From an uncultured Eubacteriales bacterium (GTDB taxonomy: Bacteria > Bacillota > Clostridia > Oscillospirales > CAG-272), in NCBI GenBank assembly GCA_905201895.1, contig CAJKPX010000006.1, positions 2,656-66,655 of the forward strand: a stretch of 64,000 nt of DNA, in the 5' to 3' direction. The notes beneath the pieces are model-generated. The model did no database searches, was not told where the DNA came from, and saw nothing but the letters and a program-made list of their open reading frames with translations. A program made the translations under genes and the position numbers. Shown piece after piece: positions 1-9,597 of this stretch (position 1 is its first letter; each line of letters starts with the position of its first letter).

Positions 1-458
1 GCGACGGTAAGATTAGCAGCAGAAAGACCTACCGCCTCATCGCTTGCGTTCGGAAGCTCAATTGTCAGCGAGCCATCTCCTATAATCGCAAGATCCTTGT
101 AGAGGTTGTAGTCGCCTGCGAAAATACCGATAGCGTATTCCTCGTTGGTACAGATCAATTTATTTTCACCGATCAGTTGAATATGTAGATCAATTTCTGA
201 ATACACAACCGTACTTTCGTACTCAATGGTAGCATTGTTAAAGGTGAGGATGTTGTTGCTTTCATCATAGTACACCGTGCCGTCACCCAAGATGTCATCG
301 TTATTATCTCTGCAAACGGCTATGCCGGCAACATAAATACCGTACGGGTCTTTTGCAAAATACAGGCAGAAAAAGAAGGCAAAAAATGCGCTAATAATCA
401 TAGTAATTGCAAGTAAAACGCTAATGATAATTCTAAAAACTTTTGTTCTCTTTGTCAT
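1..458 (-). CDS. hypothetical membrane-anchored protein, N-terminal ~152 codons (gene continues past the window start)
   Basis: Absent from the ORF track because it is open at the window edge. Reverse-strand ATG at 458-456 with a GGAAAGGTGA Shine-Dalgarno upstream. Translation MTKRTKVFRIIISVLLAITMIISAFFAFFFCLYF... (one N-terminal TM helix) stays open to base 1. No family recognised. Confidence 0.55.
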   Translation of the reverse strand, partial: MTKRTKVFRIIISVLLAITMIISAFFAFFFCLYFAKDPYGIYVAGIAVCRDNNDDILGDGTVYYDESNNILTFNNATIEYESTVVYSEIDLHIQLIGENKLICTNEEYAIGIFAGDYNLYKDLAIIGDGSLTIELPNASDEAVGLSAANLTV

Positions 459-498
459 AATAATCACCTTTCCGATTTCATTCAATACGAATTATTTT

Positions 499-873
499 TT
501 ATTCAATCGTCAAAATGTCTGAGAAGCCGGTCATTTCAAACACTTCCATAACCTCTTCACAAACGTTAATGAGCTTCATTGATCCAATCTTCTGCATCTT
601 TTTCTGCGCGCCGAGAAGGACGGGAAGTCCCGCAATGGAGATGTATTCAAGACACTTTAAGTTGAGTACGAGATTTTTTACGCCTGTAATATCCTCGTTA
701 ATGGTTTTGTCCAGCTCGGGTGCGGTAGTTGTATCAAGCCGTCCTACAATGTCAATTGTGGTTGCTTCTGCGGTTCTTTTGATTTCGATAGTCATATCTG
801 TATCAACAAAAACAAGAATTGCTGATACCAAAACCGCAATAAATGACGGTATTCCTGCTAAAAATCGAATCAA
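499..873 (-). CDS. STAS-domain protein (anti-sigma-factor antagonist, SpoIIAA/RsbV-like)
   Basis: The C-terminal ~95 aa fit the STAS pattern (TIDIVGRLDTTTAPELDK...LEYISIAGLPVLLGAQKKMQKIGSMKLINV...FEMTGFSDIL). The start is ambiguous. TTG at 873 adds a hydrophobic stretch (LAGIPSFIAVLVSAILVFV); ATG at 795 gives a 98-aa soluble protein. No partner anti-sigma kinase in the window. Confidence 0.75.
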   Translation of the reverse strand: MIRFLAGIPSFIAVLVSAILVFVDTDMTIEIKRTAEATTIDIVGRLDTTTAPELDKTINEDITGVKNLVLNLKCLEYISIAGLPVLLGAQKKMQKIGSMKLINVCEEVMEVFEMTGFSDILTIE

Positions 874-1065
874 GGGCAGGTTTTGTTGCTTTTCATAGCC
901 GAATTTATTACTTATGATTTATTCACCCGTATTTTTTTGATAAATTCCAATTGTCATATTATAATATCATATGTGGCGTTACAAATGTGTTACAAACTCG
1001 GCGCAAAAAAAAAAAAAACAATCGGATACGAAAAATAATGAACTGCTAACAACAAAGAAAACAGG

Positions 1066-1620
1066 TTACGGCTTCATCACCTTGATAAAGCGGAACATTT
1101 CGTCAGGACCTTCATCGGGATCACGCTCGTCTGCATCAGGCATATCATGCTCTGGCTGAAAATACTCGCACCAAAATTGGTCGATTTGGAAGCCGCACTT
1201 GTTGACATAGAAATGGATATTGCGCTTTTCAAAATAGGGAGTGCAGGTTTCCCATACCTTGGTTTCTGGGTGCAGAGCCTCAACCGCCTGCCACGCGCCG
1301 TAGCCAATGCCCTTGGTGTGCTCCTCGGGGGAAACGAACAGAATCTCCAGCTCGTTGTGATGCGTTTCTTTGTTGATCTTCAGAATAACGCCTCCAACCC
1401 GTCTGCCATCAACAACGATGCGGTAGGTCTCGCTATCGGGCGAGTCGATACAACGCTCGATGGTTTTGCGAGAGATGATTTCACCGTCAAAATCCATATG
1501 GTCGTCACGTTCACCGAACTCCATCATTGCACCATACTTGAACGCCCATTGATTGTCAAGGATAAAATTCTCACGGTCGTCTGCCGTAAGCGGCACAAGA
1601 GTAACCTTCGTGTTTTTCAT
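1066..1620 (-). CDS. GNAT-family N-acetyltransferase
   Basis: 184-aa ORF with a GNAT core pattern (RIVVDGRRVGGVILK...LEILFVSPEEHTKGIGYGAWQAV...NIHFYVNKCGF). Confidence 0.8.
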   Translation of the reverse strand: MKNTKVTLVPLTADDRENFILDNQWAFKYGAMMEFGERDDHMDFDGEIISRKTIERCIDSPDSETYRIVVDGRRVGGVILKINKETHHNELEILFVSPEEHTKGIGYGAWQAVEALHPETKVWETCTPYFEKRNIHFYVNKCGFQIDQFWCEYFQPEHDMPDADERDPDEGPDEMFRFIKVMKP

Positions 1621-1850
1621 AAAATACCTCCAAAATAAAAATAGAGCTCAGGCTTTGCAAATGCAATAACCCAAGCTCACTTGGACACCTAATCCGGCAT
1701 TACGGTACTACGGTACGCTGCCTCCGGTGACAAATATTCAACGCTAAGATTATAGCATAAATATGGGTGAATGTCAAGTAAACGATTGAAATATTCATAA
1801 AAATATGATATAATATCTCATCAACAAACAATAGATTAACGGAGTTTATT

Positions 1851-2627
1851 ATGGGAGATATTTTAATAAAAATACTTGTGTGCTTCATCGCGGGAGCCGG
1901 CGCGGGCATTGGAACGGGATTTGCAGGGATGAGTGCTGCCGCGGTTATAGGCCCTATGCTCATAACATTTTGGGGTGTCCCCGCCTACGAGGCGATTGGC
2001 ATAGGATTGATCAGCGACGTGCTGGCAAGCCTCGTTAGTGCATATACCTATAAGAAAAGCGGGAACTTGGATGTGAAAAACAGTTTGCCCTTGCTTTTGA
2101 GCGTGCTTGTCGTAACGATGATCGGAAGCTTTGTGGCAAGCTTTCTGCCTGAACAAGCCATGAGCGGCACGATGCAGATAGCATTGATTATCATAGGATT
2201 ACGTTTTCTTCTCAAGCCCGTCAACAAAACGAGAGAGCAATTGGAAAAAAGCTCTCCGAAAAGCAGGCTGATCAAGGCGATTGTCGGCGGTATATTCGTC
2301 GGCTTTATCTGCGGCTTTGCAGGAGCTGGCGGCGGGATGATGCTGTTGCTCGTTCTGACTTCTTTCCTCGGTTATCCTATGCACTTGGCGGTCGGCACAA
2401 GCGTGTTTATTATGGCGTTCACGGCTCTTACCGGGGGCATCAGCCATTTTATAATCGGAGGAATGCCCGATGCTCTTTGCCTCGTGCTGTGTGCTGTATT
2501 TACGTTACTTTGGGCAAGAATTGCATCGAAAATTGCCAACAAGGCTGACGCAAAAACCTTAAACCGCGTGGTCGGTATCGTTATGATCGTAACAAGCGTC
2601 GTGATCTTGGCGGTTAATTATCTTTGA
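1851..2627 (+). CDS. TauE/SafE-family anion exporter (DUF81 membrane protein)
   Basis: 258-aa polytopic membrane ORF made of two Gly-rich halves (AGAGAGIGTGFAGMSAAAV... and CGFAGAGGGMMLLLVL...LAVGTSV), typical of TauE/SafE. Confidence 0.8.
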   Translation: MGDILIKILVCFIAGAGAGIGTGFAGMSAAAVIGPMLITFWGVPAYEAIGIGLISDVLASLVSAYTYKKSGNLDVKNSLPLLLSVLVVTMIGSFVASFLPEQAMSGTMQIALIIIGLRFLLKPVNKTREQLEKSSPKSRLIKAIVGGIFVGFICGFAGAGGGMMLLLVLTSFLGYPMHLAVGTSVFIMAFTALTGGISHFIIGGMPDALCLVLCAVFTLLWARIASKIANKADAKTLNRVVGIVMIVTSVVILAVNYL

Positions 2628-2680
2628 TGCTGTTTTTACCGAGAATCCATTGATCGTGACATTTGAAAATAAACAAAAAA

Positions 2681-2716
2681 ATCAGTCCTTATCTTACGAA
2701 AAGGACTGATTTTTTA
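2681..2716 (+). terminator. rho-independent terminator after the TauE gene
   Basis: ATCAGTCCTT (2681-2690) pairs with AAGGACTGAT (2701-2710), followed by TTTTT. Confidence 0.75.
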
Positions 2717-2732
2717 GTGCATAAAGCACAAA

Positions 2733-2753
2733 TTTTGGTCGGAGTGACAGGGT
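2733..2753 (-). repeat. 21-nt duplicate of the tRNA-Pro 3' end (TTTTGGTCGGAGTGACAGGGT)
   Basis: Identical 21-mer at 2733-2753 and 2910-2930. The second copy covers the CCA end, acceptor and part of the T-stem of the intact tRNA. The first copy has no tRNA body attached. Confidence 0.8.
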
Positions 2754-2874
2754 AACTCCGCTTCGCTACGTGATTCCCGCGCTCTCCGTCTGACAAGCGA
2801 GCTTGCCGATCTCCGAGCGGGGAATGCGAACCTGCATTTTGCTACGCAAAACAGCTTCAAATTGACACATCAAG

Positions 2875-2913
2875 CAAAAAAGAAAAGATACCGTGAGGTA
2901 TCTTTTCTTTTTT
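2875..2913 (-). terminator. bidirectional hairpin terminator just 3' of tRNA-Pro
   Basis: AGAAAAGATACC (2881-2892), loop GTGA, GGTATCTTTTCT (2897-2908), with an A-run on one side and a T-run on the other. Confidence 0.7.
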
Positions 2914-2988
2914 GGTCGGAGTGACAGGGTTCGAACCTGCGGCATCGACGTCCCAAACGTCGCGCGCTACCAACTGCGCCACACCCCG
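2913..2988 (-). tRNA. tRNA-Pro (anticodon UGG), CCA encoded
   Basis: The reverse complement reads CGGGGTG-TG-GCGC-AGTTGGTA-GCGC-G-CGACG-TTTGGGA-CGTCG-ATGCC-GCAGG-TTCGAAC-CCTGT-CACTCCG-A-CCA. This folds into a 76-nt cloverleaf with one G-U pair each in the acceptor and T stems. Anticodon-loop positions 34-36 are TGG. Confidence 0.93.
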
Positions 2989-3008
2989 AAATTTTATGTT
3001 GCTCACAT

Positions 3009-3037
3009 ATTATAGCAAAGTTTTTCGGAAAAGTCAA
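3009..3037 (-). promoter_or_regulatory. sigma-A-type promoter for tRNA-Pro
   Basis: Reverse strand reads TTGACT (3037-3032), 17-nt spacer, TATAAT (3014-3009). It lies ~20 nt upstream of the tRNA 5' end. Confidence 0.7.
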
Positions 3038-3344
3038 GAGGGTACGCCACGATTTTGTCCCCTTTCATTCCAATTTTATTCTCCTTTACCGCAATTATGT
3101 TTTGTTTCCGCTCCGTTTCGTTTCAGGGGACTATGTCGGTCTGTCGGATTTGTCGACCTCGCCCGCGCCCCCACTCTCACTTATGTCGCTCCGCCTTCGA
3201 CCTGTCTTGTTTTTACGAGTTCCCTTTTTTGCGTTTTTTTGAATGAGGGACAGTTTTTATCGCGATTCTGCATATAATAATGTAGAAATCAAGCGCTTTT
3301 TGCGATGAAAATCAGGTTTTCTCTGATAAAAAATTCCAAAAGAG

Positions 3345-3373
3345 TTGACAAAACCGTTATTCTGTGCTATAAT
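3345..3373 (+). promoter_or_regulatory. sigma-A-type promoter for the MarR gene
   Basis: TTGACA (3345-3350), 17-nt spacer, TATAAT (3368-3373). Confidence 0.7.
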
Positions 3374-3480
3374 GGTTTGTGGATGTTCACTTGTAAACAT
3401 ATATATTCCTAAGGTCCAATCAAGGACCTGCAAGCGCATTCAACCGATAATCTGATAATAAGGAGACGAAAATTCCTTCG

Positions 3481-4026
3481 ATGATTGCCGAAAGATTTTA
3501 CATTTTCACCCTTTTGATCGACGGCATCCACAAATGCATCCATCGGATCAAGTTCGACTTTGCGCCGCATTTCGGGGTCAAAAGCGTGCATATGTTCTGG
3601 ATCTACGAGCTCCGAGACCATCCCGACGGTCTCACCTCTGCCGAGCTTGCAGAGCGCAGTCACATCTCCCGCTCGCTGGTCTCGCGCGAAATTGAGAGGC
3701 TGCGTGAGAACGGCTATGTGGAAATTCAGGAAACTGCGCGCGGAAAACGAAAAAATTACAACTCCCCTATCAGGCTCACCGAAAAGGGACGCGAGCTTGC
3801 CGACAGCATCAGCGCCGAGGCAATGAAAATTCAAGAGCGCGCAGGTGAGGGCATCTCCGAGGAGGAGTTGGTCATATTTTACGCCACACTCTCAAAATTC
3901 TATCATAATCTCAGAGGTGTAATCAAGGAATCCGAGGGGGCAAAAAAGCCCGACGGCGACGATGATCCGCTTGACGATCTCTCGAGTTTGGTGCAATCCT
4001 TGAACGGAAAAGCAAAAAAGGATTGA
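3481..4026 (+). CDS. MarR-family transcriptional regulator
   Basis: Winged-helix pattern (HMFWIYELRDHPDGLTSAELAERSHISRSLVSREIERLRENGYVEI...RLTEKGRELA) with an acidic C-terminal tail. Confidence 0.85.
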   Translation: MIAERFYIFTLLIDGIHKCIHRIKFDFAPHFGVKSVHMFWIYELRDHPDGLTSAELAERSHISRSLVSREIERLRENGYVEIQETARGKRKNYNSPIRLTEKGRELADSISAEAMKIQERAGEGISEEELVIFYATLSKFYHNLRGVIKESEGAKKPDGDDDPLDDLSSLVQSLNGKAKKD

Positions 4027-4051
4027 CAAACTGCACGAAACGGTTTATAAT
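4023..4051 (+). promoter_or_regulatory. sigma-A-type promoter for degV/yloV-like genes
   Basis: TTGACA (4023-4028), 17-nt spacer, TATAAT (4046-4051). Confidence 0.7.
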
Positions 4052-4130
4052 AGTAGTATTGAAAACCACATTTAATCGTATTCTACATTTCGGATAATTC
4101 ATAAAAACAAAGAAAAGGAGCAATCCAACC

Positions 4131-4997
4131 GTGAGAAAATATGTGATCTTTACCGACTCCTGTGCCGATCTGACCGCTCAGACGTATGAGGAGCTCGGTG
4201 TACGCACGATCCAAATGGAGGTCATCATGGAGGGCGAAGCCCCTGTGAAGAACAACCAGGTTGATATTCAGGAGGTCTACGCGAAGCTGCGTGCAAAGCA
4301 GGGGGCTACCACCTCCGCGATCAATCTCGACCGCTTCCTTGCCGAATTCGGCGCTGCTTTGGAGGCGGAGGACGTGGATATTCTCTATCTCGGCTTCTCT
4401 TCGGGACTCAGCAGCACCTTTGGCGCGTCGATGCTCGCGCTGCAGGAGCTCTCCGAAAAATACCCCGACCGCAAGCTCTATGCGGTTGACACGCTCTGTG
4501 CCTCGATGGGTCAGGGACTCCTGGTCTATCTCGCTGCAAAGCTGCAGCAAACGGGTGCCGACATTGACACCGTAAAATATTTTGTGGAAAACAACAAGCT
4601 TAATCTCTGCCACTGGTTCACGGTAGACGATCTGTTCTTCCTCAAGAGAGGCGGTCGCGTGAGTGCAGCATCGGCAGTGGTTGGTTCCCTGCTCCAGATC
4701 AAGCCCGTTCTTCACGTGGACAATGAGGGCAAGCTGATCAACGTGCTTAAGGCGCGCGGCAGAAAGGCTGCTATCGAAGCAATGGTTCAGAAAATGAAGG
4801 CAACGATGTATCCCGACCGAAACAAAACGGTGTTTATCAGCCACGGCGACTGCATCGACGGCGCAAAATATCTTGCCGACCGCATCACGGCGGAGTTTGG
4901 CATCAAGGATATTCAGATCAACTTCATCGGACCTGTGATCGGTTCCCATTCGGGTCCCGGCACCCTCGCATTATTCTTCCTTGGAACAGAGAGGTAA
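4131..4997 (+). CDS. DegV-family fatty-acid-binding protein
   Basis: GTG start. The sequence MRKYVIFTDSCADLT...TSAINLDRF...YLGFSSGLSSTF...VDDLFFLKRGGRVS...GPVIGSHSGPGTLALFF is the classic DegV layout. Confidence 0.9.
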   Translation: MRKYVIFTDSCADLTAQTYEELGVRTIQMEVIMEGEAPVKNNQVDIQEVYAKLRAKQGATTSAINLDRFLAEFGAALEAEDVDILYLGFSSGLSSTFGASMLALQELSEKYPDRKLYAVDTLCASMGQGLLVYLAAKLQQTGADIDTVKYFVENNKLNLCHWFTVDDLFFLKRGGRVSAASAVVGSLLQIKPVLHVDNEGKLINVLKARGRKAAIEAMVQKMKATMYPDRNKTVFISHGDCIDGAKYLADRITAEFGIKDIQINFIGPVIGSHSGPGTLALFFLGTER

Positions 4998-5003
4998 TCG
5001 GAT

Positions 5004-6665
5004 ATGAAAATCGACGGACAAATTCTGTGCGGAATGGTCATTTCCGCCGCAAACGCACTCGACAATAACAAAGAGGTTGTCAACAATATGAACGTATTTC
5101 CCGTTCCCGACGGGGACACGGGCATTAACATGACCCTCACCCTCACCTCGGTCCGCGCGCTTGCGGGCACGAGCGGCAGCGTTTCGGAATGTGCCGACAA
5201 GGTTGCAAACGCAGCTCTGCGTTCAGCGAGAGGTAACTCGGGCGCGATCCTGTCGCTCTTCTTCCGCGGCTTTGCAAAGGCTTTCAAGGGTCTTGACCGC
5301 GCAAGCTGCAAGGACATCGCAGCCGCCCTCAAGAAAGGAACCGAGGAGGCATATAAGGCGGTGATGAAGCCCACAGAAGGCACGATCCTTACCGTGATGC
5401 GCGTTTGTGCCGAGGAGGCACAGAAAAAGGTGGGCAAAAAGCCCTACAAGGATGATCCCGCCGAGCTCTTTTCCTTCGTTTACAAGGTTGGTCAGGAAAC
5501 GCTTGCAAAAACCCCCGAGATGCTCCCTGTTCTCAAGGAGGCAAACGTGGTGGACGCGGGCGGTTACGGCTTCCTGTTCGTGATCGAGGGTATGATGGCA
5601 GCGCTGAAGGGCGAGCCCGTTGAGGCGACCGAGAGCAGCGAGGATGCGACTCCCGCAGAGGCATCCTTTGCCGATTTTGACACCGACTCGATCGAGTTTG
5701 CATATTGCACCGAGTGCATCGTTGCCAAGAGCCCCGAATTTATGGGCGAGGGCACGGCATCCGAATTCTATGAAATGATCTGCGGCATCGGCGACAGCGC
5801 CGTTTTCGTGGATGCAGAAGACCTGATCAAGGTTCATATCCACACCAACCATCCCGGTCTTGTGATTGAAAAGGCACTGGAGTTCGGTGAGATTGAAACC
5901 ATGAAGGTGGAAAACATGCGCCGTCAGCATTCGACGCTCGTTTCCAAATCGACCGAGAAGAACAAGCCCAACGAATCCCCCATCCAGCCCAAAAAGGACG
6001 CGATTGAAAAGGATTTCGGCTTTGTGAGCATCTGCATGGGTAAGGGTATCCGCGATACCTTTGCGGATCTCGGCGTGGATCAGATCGTTTACGGCGGTCA
6101 GACCATGAACCCCAGCACACAGGACATTCTCAACGGAATTGAAAAAACCTCCGCCCACACCGTTTACGTCCTGCCCAACAACAAAAACATCTATCTCGTT
6201 GCCTGCCAGGCAGCAGAGCTCGTCACCGATAAAAAGGTGATTGTGCTGAACACCAAAAGCGTTCCGCAGGGTGTCTCGGCAATGATCGGCTTCAATCCCG
6301 ACGCCGACGAGGAAACCAACACCGCATCTATGAACGAGGCGATCGCCAACGTTCGCACCGCGCAGGTAACCTACGCCGTGCGCGACACTTCAATCGAGGG
6401 CATTGAGATCAAGAACGGACAAACGCTCGTTCTTGTGGATGGCAAGATCATTCGCGCAGTTGACACGCAGGAGGAATACATCACCGCGATCGCCGAGGCG
6501 TTTGCCGATGCATCCTATCTGACCGTGTTCTACGGCGCAAGCATCAGCGACGAGAGAGCCGAAAAGGCGGTTGCTCTCCTCCGCTCCAAGATTGGCGAGG
6601 CAGCTGAAATCGTGACGATCAGCGGCGGTCAGCCGATCTACGATTATATCATTTCGGCAGAATAA
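5004..6665 (+). CDS. DAK2-domain protein (YloV-like, DhaL domain plus C-terminal DegV-like domain)
   Basis: NVFPVPDGDTGINMTLT...ARGNSGAILS motifs of the Dak2/DhaL fold. The 553-aa length and position after degV match YloV-type proteins. Confidence 0.9.
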   Translation: MKIDGQILCGMVISAANALDNNKEVVNNMNVFPVPDGDTGINMTLTLTSVRALAGTSGSVSECADKVANAALRSARGNSGAILSLFFRGFAKAFKGLDRASCKDIAAALKKGTEEAYKAVMKPTEGTILTVMRVCAEEAQKKVGKKPYKDDPAELFSFVYKVGQETLAKTPEMLPVLKEANVVDAGGYGFLFVIEGMMAALKGEPVEATESSEDATPAEASFADFDTDSIEFAYCTECIVAKSPEFMGEGTASEFYEMICGIGDSAVFVDAEDLIKVHIHTNHPGLVIEKALEFGEIETMKVENMRRQHSTLVSKSTEKNKPNESPIQPKKDAIEKDFGFVSICMGKGIRDTFADLGVDQIVYGGQTMNPSTQDILNGIEKTSAHTVYVLPNNKNIYLVACQAAELVTDKKVIVLNTKSVPQGVSAMIGFNPDADEETNTASMNEAIANVRTAQVTYAVRDTSIEGIEIKNGQTLVLVDGKIIRAVDTQEEYITAIAEAFADASYLTVFYGASISDERAEKAVALLRSKIGEAAEIVTISGGQPIYDYIISAE

Positions 6666-6673
6666 AATAAGAT

Positions 6674-6717
6674 GCGGACCGCGAGGGTGTGTAAAAGTCC
6701 CTTGCGGTCCGTATTTT
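6674..6717 (+). terminator. rho-independent terminator after the DAK2 gene
   Basis: GCGGACCGCGAGGG ... CCCTTGCGGTCCG stem followed by TATTTT. Confidence 0.7.
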
Positions 6718-6781
6718 GGGAAAATGCACGAAAAAAGATGAAAAAAAGAAAAATTTTGGTTAATAAAATTTTGAAAAGCTA

Positions 6782-6810
6782 TTTACAAATCAGAAAAGCT
6801 GTGGTATAAT
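6782..6810 (+). promoter_or_regulatory. sigma-A-type promoter for rpsO, followed by a ~110-nt structured leader
   Basis: TTTACA (6782-6787), 17-nt spacer, TATAAT (6805-6810). The GC-rich leader (6811-6920) precedes the rpsO ATG. S15 autoregulation through such leaders is established in other bacteria. Confidence 0.6.
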
Positions 6811-6920
6811 ATGTATGTATGACGTGAGCCCGGTTGTCGGATACGAGGCCGTTACAGACGGCTGTTCACCCACCGACTGCTGAGCGAAACGCCAAAAACA
6901 AAAGAAAGGTGAAAAATACC

Positions 6921-7184
6921 ATGCAGAAAGACGAAAAGCTGACTCTCATTGAGCAGTACGCAACCCACGAGGGAGACACCGGTTCTCCCGAGGTTCAGAT
7001 CGCACTTCTGACCTCCCGCATCAACAACCTGACCGCGCACCTCAAGTCCAACAAGAAGGACTTCCACAGCCGCCGCGGCCTTCAGAAGATGATCGGTAAG
7101 AGAAGAAATCTGCTCAACTACCTCCAGAAGGTGGACATCGAGCGCTACCGTGCGATCGTCAGCAAGCTCGGACTGAGAAAATAA
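6921..7184 (+). CDS. rpsO: 30S ribosomal protein S15
   Basis: [54 protein letters not shown]...[15 protein letters not shown] at 6921 with a GAAAGGTGA SD. The longer track ORF (from 6834) is an upstream extension. Confidence 0.97.
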   Translation: MQKDEKLTLIEQYATHEGDTGSPEVQIALLTSRINNLTAHLKSNKKDFHSRRGLQKMIGKRRNLLNYLQKVDIERYRAIVSKLGLRK

Positions 7185-7192
7185 GACTTTCA

Positions 7193-7245
7193 AGGGAGCC
7201 AGAGCAGCGGCAAAAGTCACTGCCCTTGCTCCCTGTCCGTTTTTT
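7193..7245 (+). terminator. rpsO terminator / start of the pnp leader
   Basis: AGGGAGC..GCAG / CTGC..GCTCCCT hairpin followed by a T6 run. A second long hairpin (GCAGTTAACCG ... CGGTTAAGTGC, ~7277-7325) lies in the pnp 5' leader. Confidence 0.65.
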
Positions 7246-7397
7246 CGGTCTGCCACACGCATTCTTACGTTGGATTAGCAGTTAACCGTGTCCCCGAGCG
7301 CAATCGGAGCTGCGGTTAAGTGCTAAACCTCCGTAAGATTCCACACGCAGTTGCCGCGCATGGCAACACACAAAAATCAAAACGGAGGAAACTAAAA

Positions 7398-9518
7398 ATG
7401 TCCAATCCCATCAGCTCCGCTATGGAGTTCAAAAACTACAAGGTGTTCAAGTATACCTATGCAGGCCGCCCTCTGGTGATCGAAACCGGTAAGATGGCAG
7501 GTCTTGCAAACGGCTCGGTGCTCTGCCGCTACGGCGACACCGTTGTGCTCTGCTGCGCAACCGCATCCGAGAAGCCCCGCGACGGCATCGACTTTTTGCC
7601 CCTGTCGGTTGACTTCGACGAGCGTATGTACGCTGCAGGCAAAATCCCCGGCGGATATCTCAAGAGAGAGGGTAAGCCCTCGGAGAAGGCAGTTCTCACC
7701 TCCCGTGTGATCGACCGCCCCATCCGTCCTCTTTTCCCCAAGGATCTGCGCAACGACGTTGCCCTCACACTCACCGTGATGTCGGTTGACCCCGACTGCT
7801 CGCCCGAGATCACCGCAATGATCGGTGCATCCACCGCTCTGGCTATCTCGGACATTCCGTGGAACGGCCCGATCGGCGGCGCGTTCATGGGTCTGGTTGA
7901 CGGCGAGATCGTTCTCAACCCCACCTTTGAGCAGCAGAAGAAGAGCGACCTGCAGCTCACCGTTGCAGCCTCCACCGAGAAGGTTGTGATGATCGAGGCA
8001 GGTGCAAACCAGGTTGACGATGACACCATGTATCGCGCAATCATGCAGGCTCACGAGGAGATCAAGGATCTGCTCGGCTTCATCAACGCCATCATCGACG
8101 AGGTTGGTAAGAAGAAGTTTGAGTATCCCTCCTGCGAGCTCGACCACGATATGTTTGACGCCGTATTCGCATTCTGCGAAAAGGACGTGATGGCAGCGCT
8201 CGACACCGACGATAAGAACGTGCGCGATGCAAGAATGGTTCCGATCAAGGACGCAATCGTTGAAAAATTCGCTGAGGAATATCCCAACCTGCCCGCAATG
8301 ATGGACGAGGTGATCTACAAGATTCAGAAGAAGATCGTTCGCCGTTGGCTGCTTGTTGACAAGAAGCGTGTGGATGGCAGACGTATGGATCAGATCAGAC
8401 CCCTCGGCAGCGAGGTTGGCGTGCTTCCCCGCACCCACGGCTCGGGTCTGTTCACTCGTGGACAGACGCAGGTGCTCACCGTTGCAACCCTTGGCACTCT
8501 TTCCGAGGCACAGATGCTCGACGGTATCGACTCCGAGACCTCCAAGAGATATATGCACCACTACAACATGCCCGGCTTCTCCACCGGTGAGGCAAAGCCC
8601 GTAAGAAGCCCCGGACGCCGCGAGATCGGTCACGGTGCACTTGCTGAACGCTCGCTCGTTCCCGTTCTTCCCTCCGAGGAGGAATTCCCCTACGCAATCC
8701 GTCTGGTTTCTGACGTTGTTTCGTCCAACGGATCGACCTCGCAGGGCTCGGTTTGCGGCTCCACGCTCGCACTCATGGATGCAGGCGTTCCGATCAAGGC
8801 TCCCGTTGCAGGCATCTCCTGCGGTCTGATTACCGCCGAGGACGGCTCTTGGGATACCATGCTCGACATTCAGGGCCTTGAGGACTTCTACGGCGACATG
8901 GACTTTAAGGTTGCAGGAACTCACGCAGGTATCACCTCGATTCAGATGGACCTCAAGATCGACGGTTTGACCCCCGAGATCATCAAGAAGGCACTTGAGA
9001 TGACCCATATTGGTCGTGACTATATCATCGACGAGGTAATTCTCAAGGCAATCCCCGCTCCCAGAGCAGAGGTTTCCAGATATGCTCCCAAGATGACCAC
9101 CATGAAGATCGACCCCGACAAGATCCGCGAGGTAATCGGTAAGGGCGGCGCTGTGATCCAGAAGATCGTTGCCGACACCGGTGCCAAGATCGACATCGAG
9201 GACGACGGAACCATCCACATTGCCGCAGTGAACGGCGACCAGGCTGCTGCTGCTAAGGCTTGCATCGACGCAATCGTGTTCGAGCCCGAGGTTGGCGCGA
9301 TCTACACGGGTACCGTTACGGGCATCAAGGAATTCGGATGCTTCGTTGAATATGCTCCCGGCAAGGAGGGCATGGTTCACATCTCCAAGATCGCTCCTCG
9401 CAGAATCGACAAGGTTGAGGACGTGCTCAAGATTGGCGACGTTGTAAAGGTGAAGTATATCGGTCTGGATAAGAAGGGTCGCATGGACTTCTCGATCAAG
9501 GACGCACTCGAAGGCTAA
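7398..9518 (+). CDS. pnp: polyribonucleotide nucleotidyltransferase (PNPase)
   Basis: 706-aa product with two RNase PH-like halves ([21 protein letters not shown]...; [23 protein letters not shown]), followed by KH ([15 protein letters not shown]) and S1 ([15 protein letters not shown]...GMVHISK) domains. ATG at 7398 with a GGAGGA SD. Confidence 0.97.
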   Translation: MSNPISSAMEFKNYKVFKYTYAGRPLVIETGKMAGLANGSVLCRYGDTVVLCCATASEKPRDGIDFLPLSVDFDERMYAAGKIPGGYLKREGKPSEKAVLTSRVIDRPIRPLFPKDLRNDVALTLTVMSVDPDCSPEITAMIGASTALAISDIPWNGPIGGAFMGLVDGEIVLNPTFEQQKKSDLQLTVAASTEKVVMIEAGANQVDDDTMYRAIMQAHEEIKDLLGFINAIIDEVGKKKFEYPSCELDHDMFDAVFAFCEKDVMAALDTDDKNVRDARMVPIKDAIVEKFAEEYPNLPAMMDEVIYKIQKKIVRRWLLVDKKRVDGRRMDQIRPLGSEVGVLPRTHGSGLFTRGQTQVLTVATLGTLSEAQMLDGIDSETSKRYMHHYNMPGFSTGEAKPVRSPGRREIGHGALAERSLVPVLPSEEEFPYAIRLVSDVVSSNGSTSQGSVCGSTLALMDAGVPIKAPVAGISCGLITAEDGSWDTMLDIQGLEDFYGDMDFKVAGTHAGITSIQMDLKIDGLTPEIIKKALEMTHIGRDYIIDEVILKAIPAPRAEVSRYAPKMTTMKIDPDKIREVIGKGGAVIQKIVADTGAKIDIEDDGTIHIAAVNGDQAAAAKACIDAIVFEPEVGAIYTGTVTGIKEFGCFVEYAPGKEGMVHISKIAPRRIDKVEDVLKIGDVVKVKYIGLDKKGRMDFSIKDALEG

Positions 9519-9597
9519 TTCAAAAAGCAACAAAATGGGACGGCGGCAATTGCAACCGTCCCTTTCCAAAAAAAAAGAAAGGAAGCGTGTACGCGCA

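Noticed and set aside
1005-1018. A14 homopolymer between the GNAT stop and the STAS gene as a possible phase-variation tract
   Set aside because: It is intergenic and not positioned between recognisable -35/-10 elements. A single tract with no population data is not enough to claim slipped-strand regulation.
2737-2840. Possible second tRNA, because the sequence starts with the same 3' end as tRNA-Pro
   Set aside because: Beyond the shared 21 nt there is no T-arm partner (no CAGGG-TTCGAAT preceding CCCTG), no D-arm and no anticodon stem. It was interpreted as a tRNA 3'-fragment duplication instead.
2912-3277. 121-aa plus-strand ORF beginning inside the tRNA-Pro gene
   Set aside because: It overlaps the tRNA and its promoter and runs through a pyrimidine-rich, repeat-containing intergenic stretch. 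The product is low-complexity.
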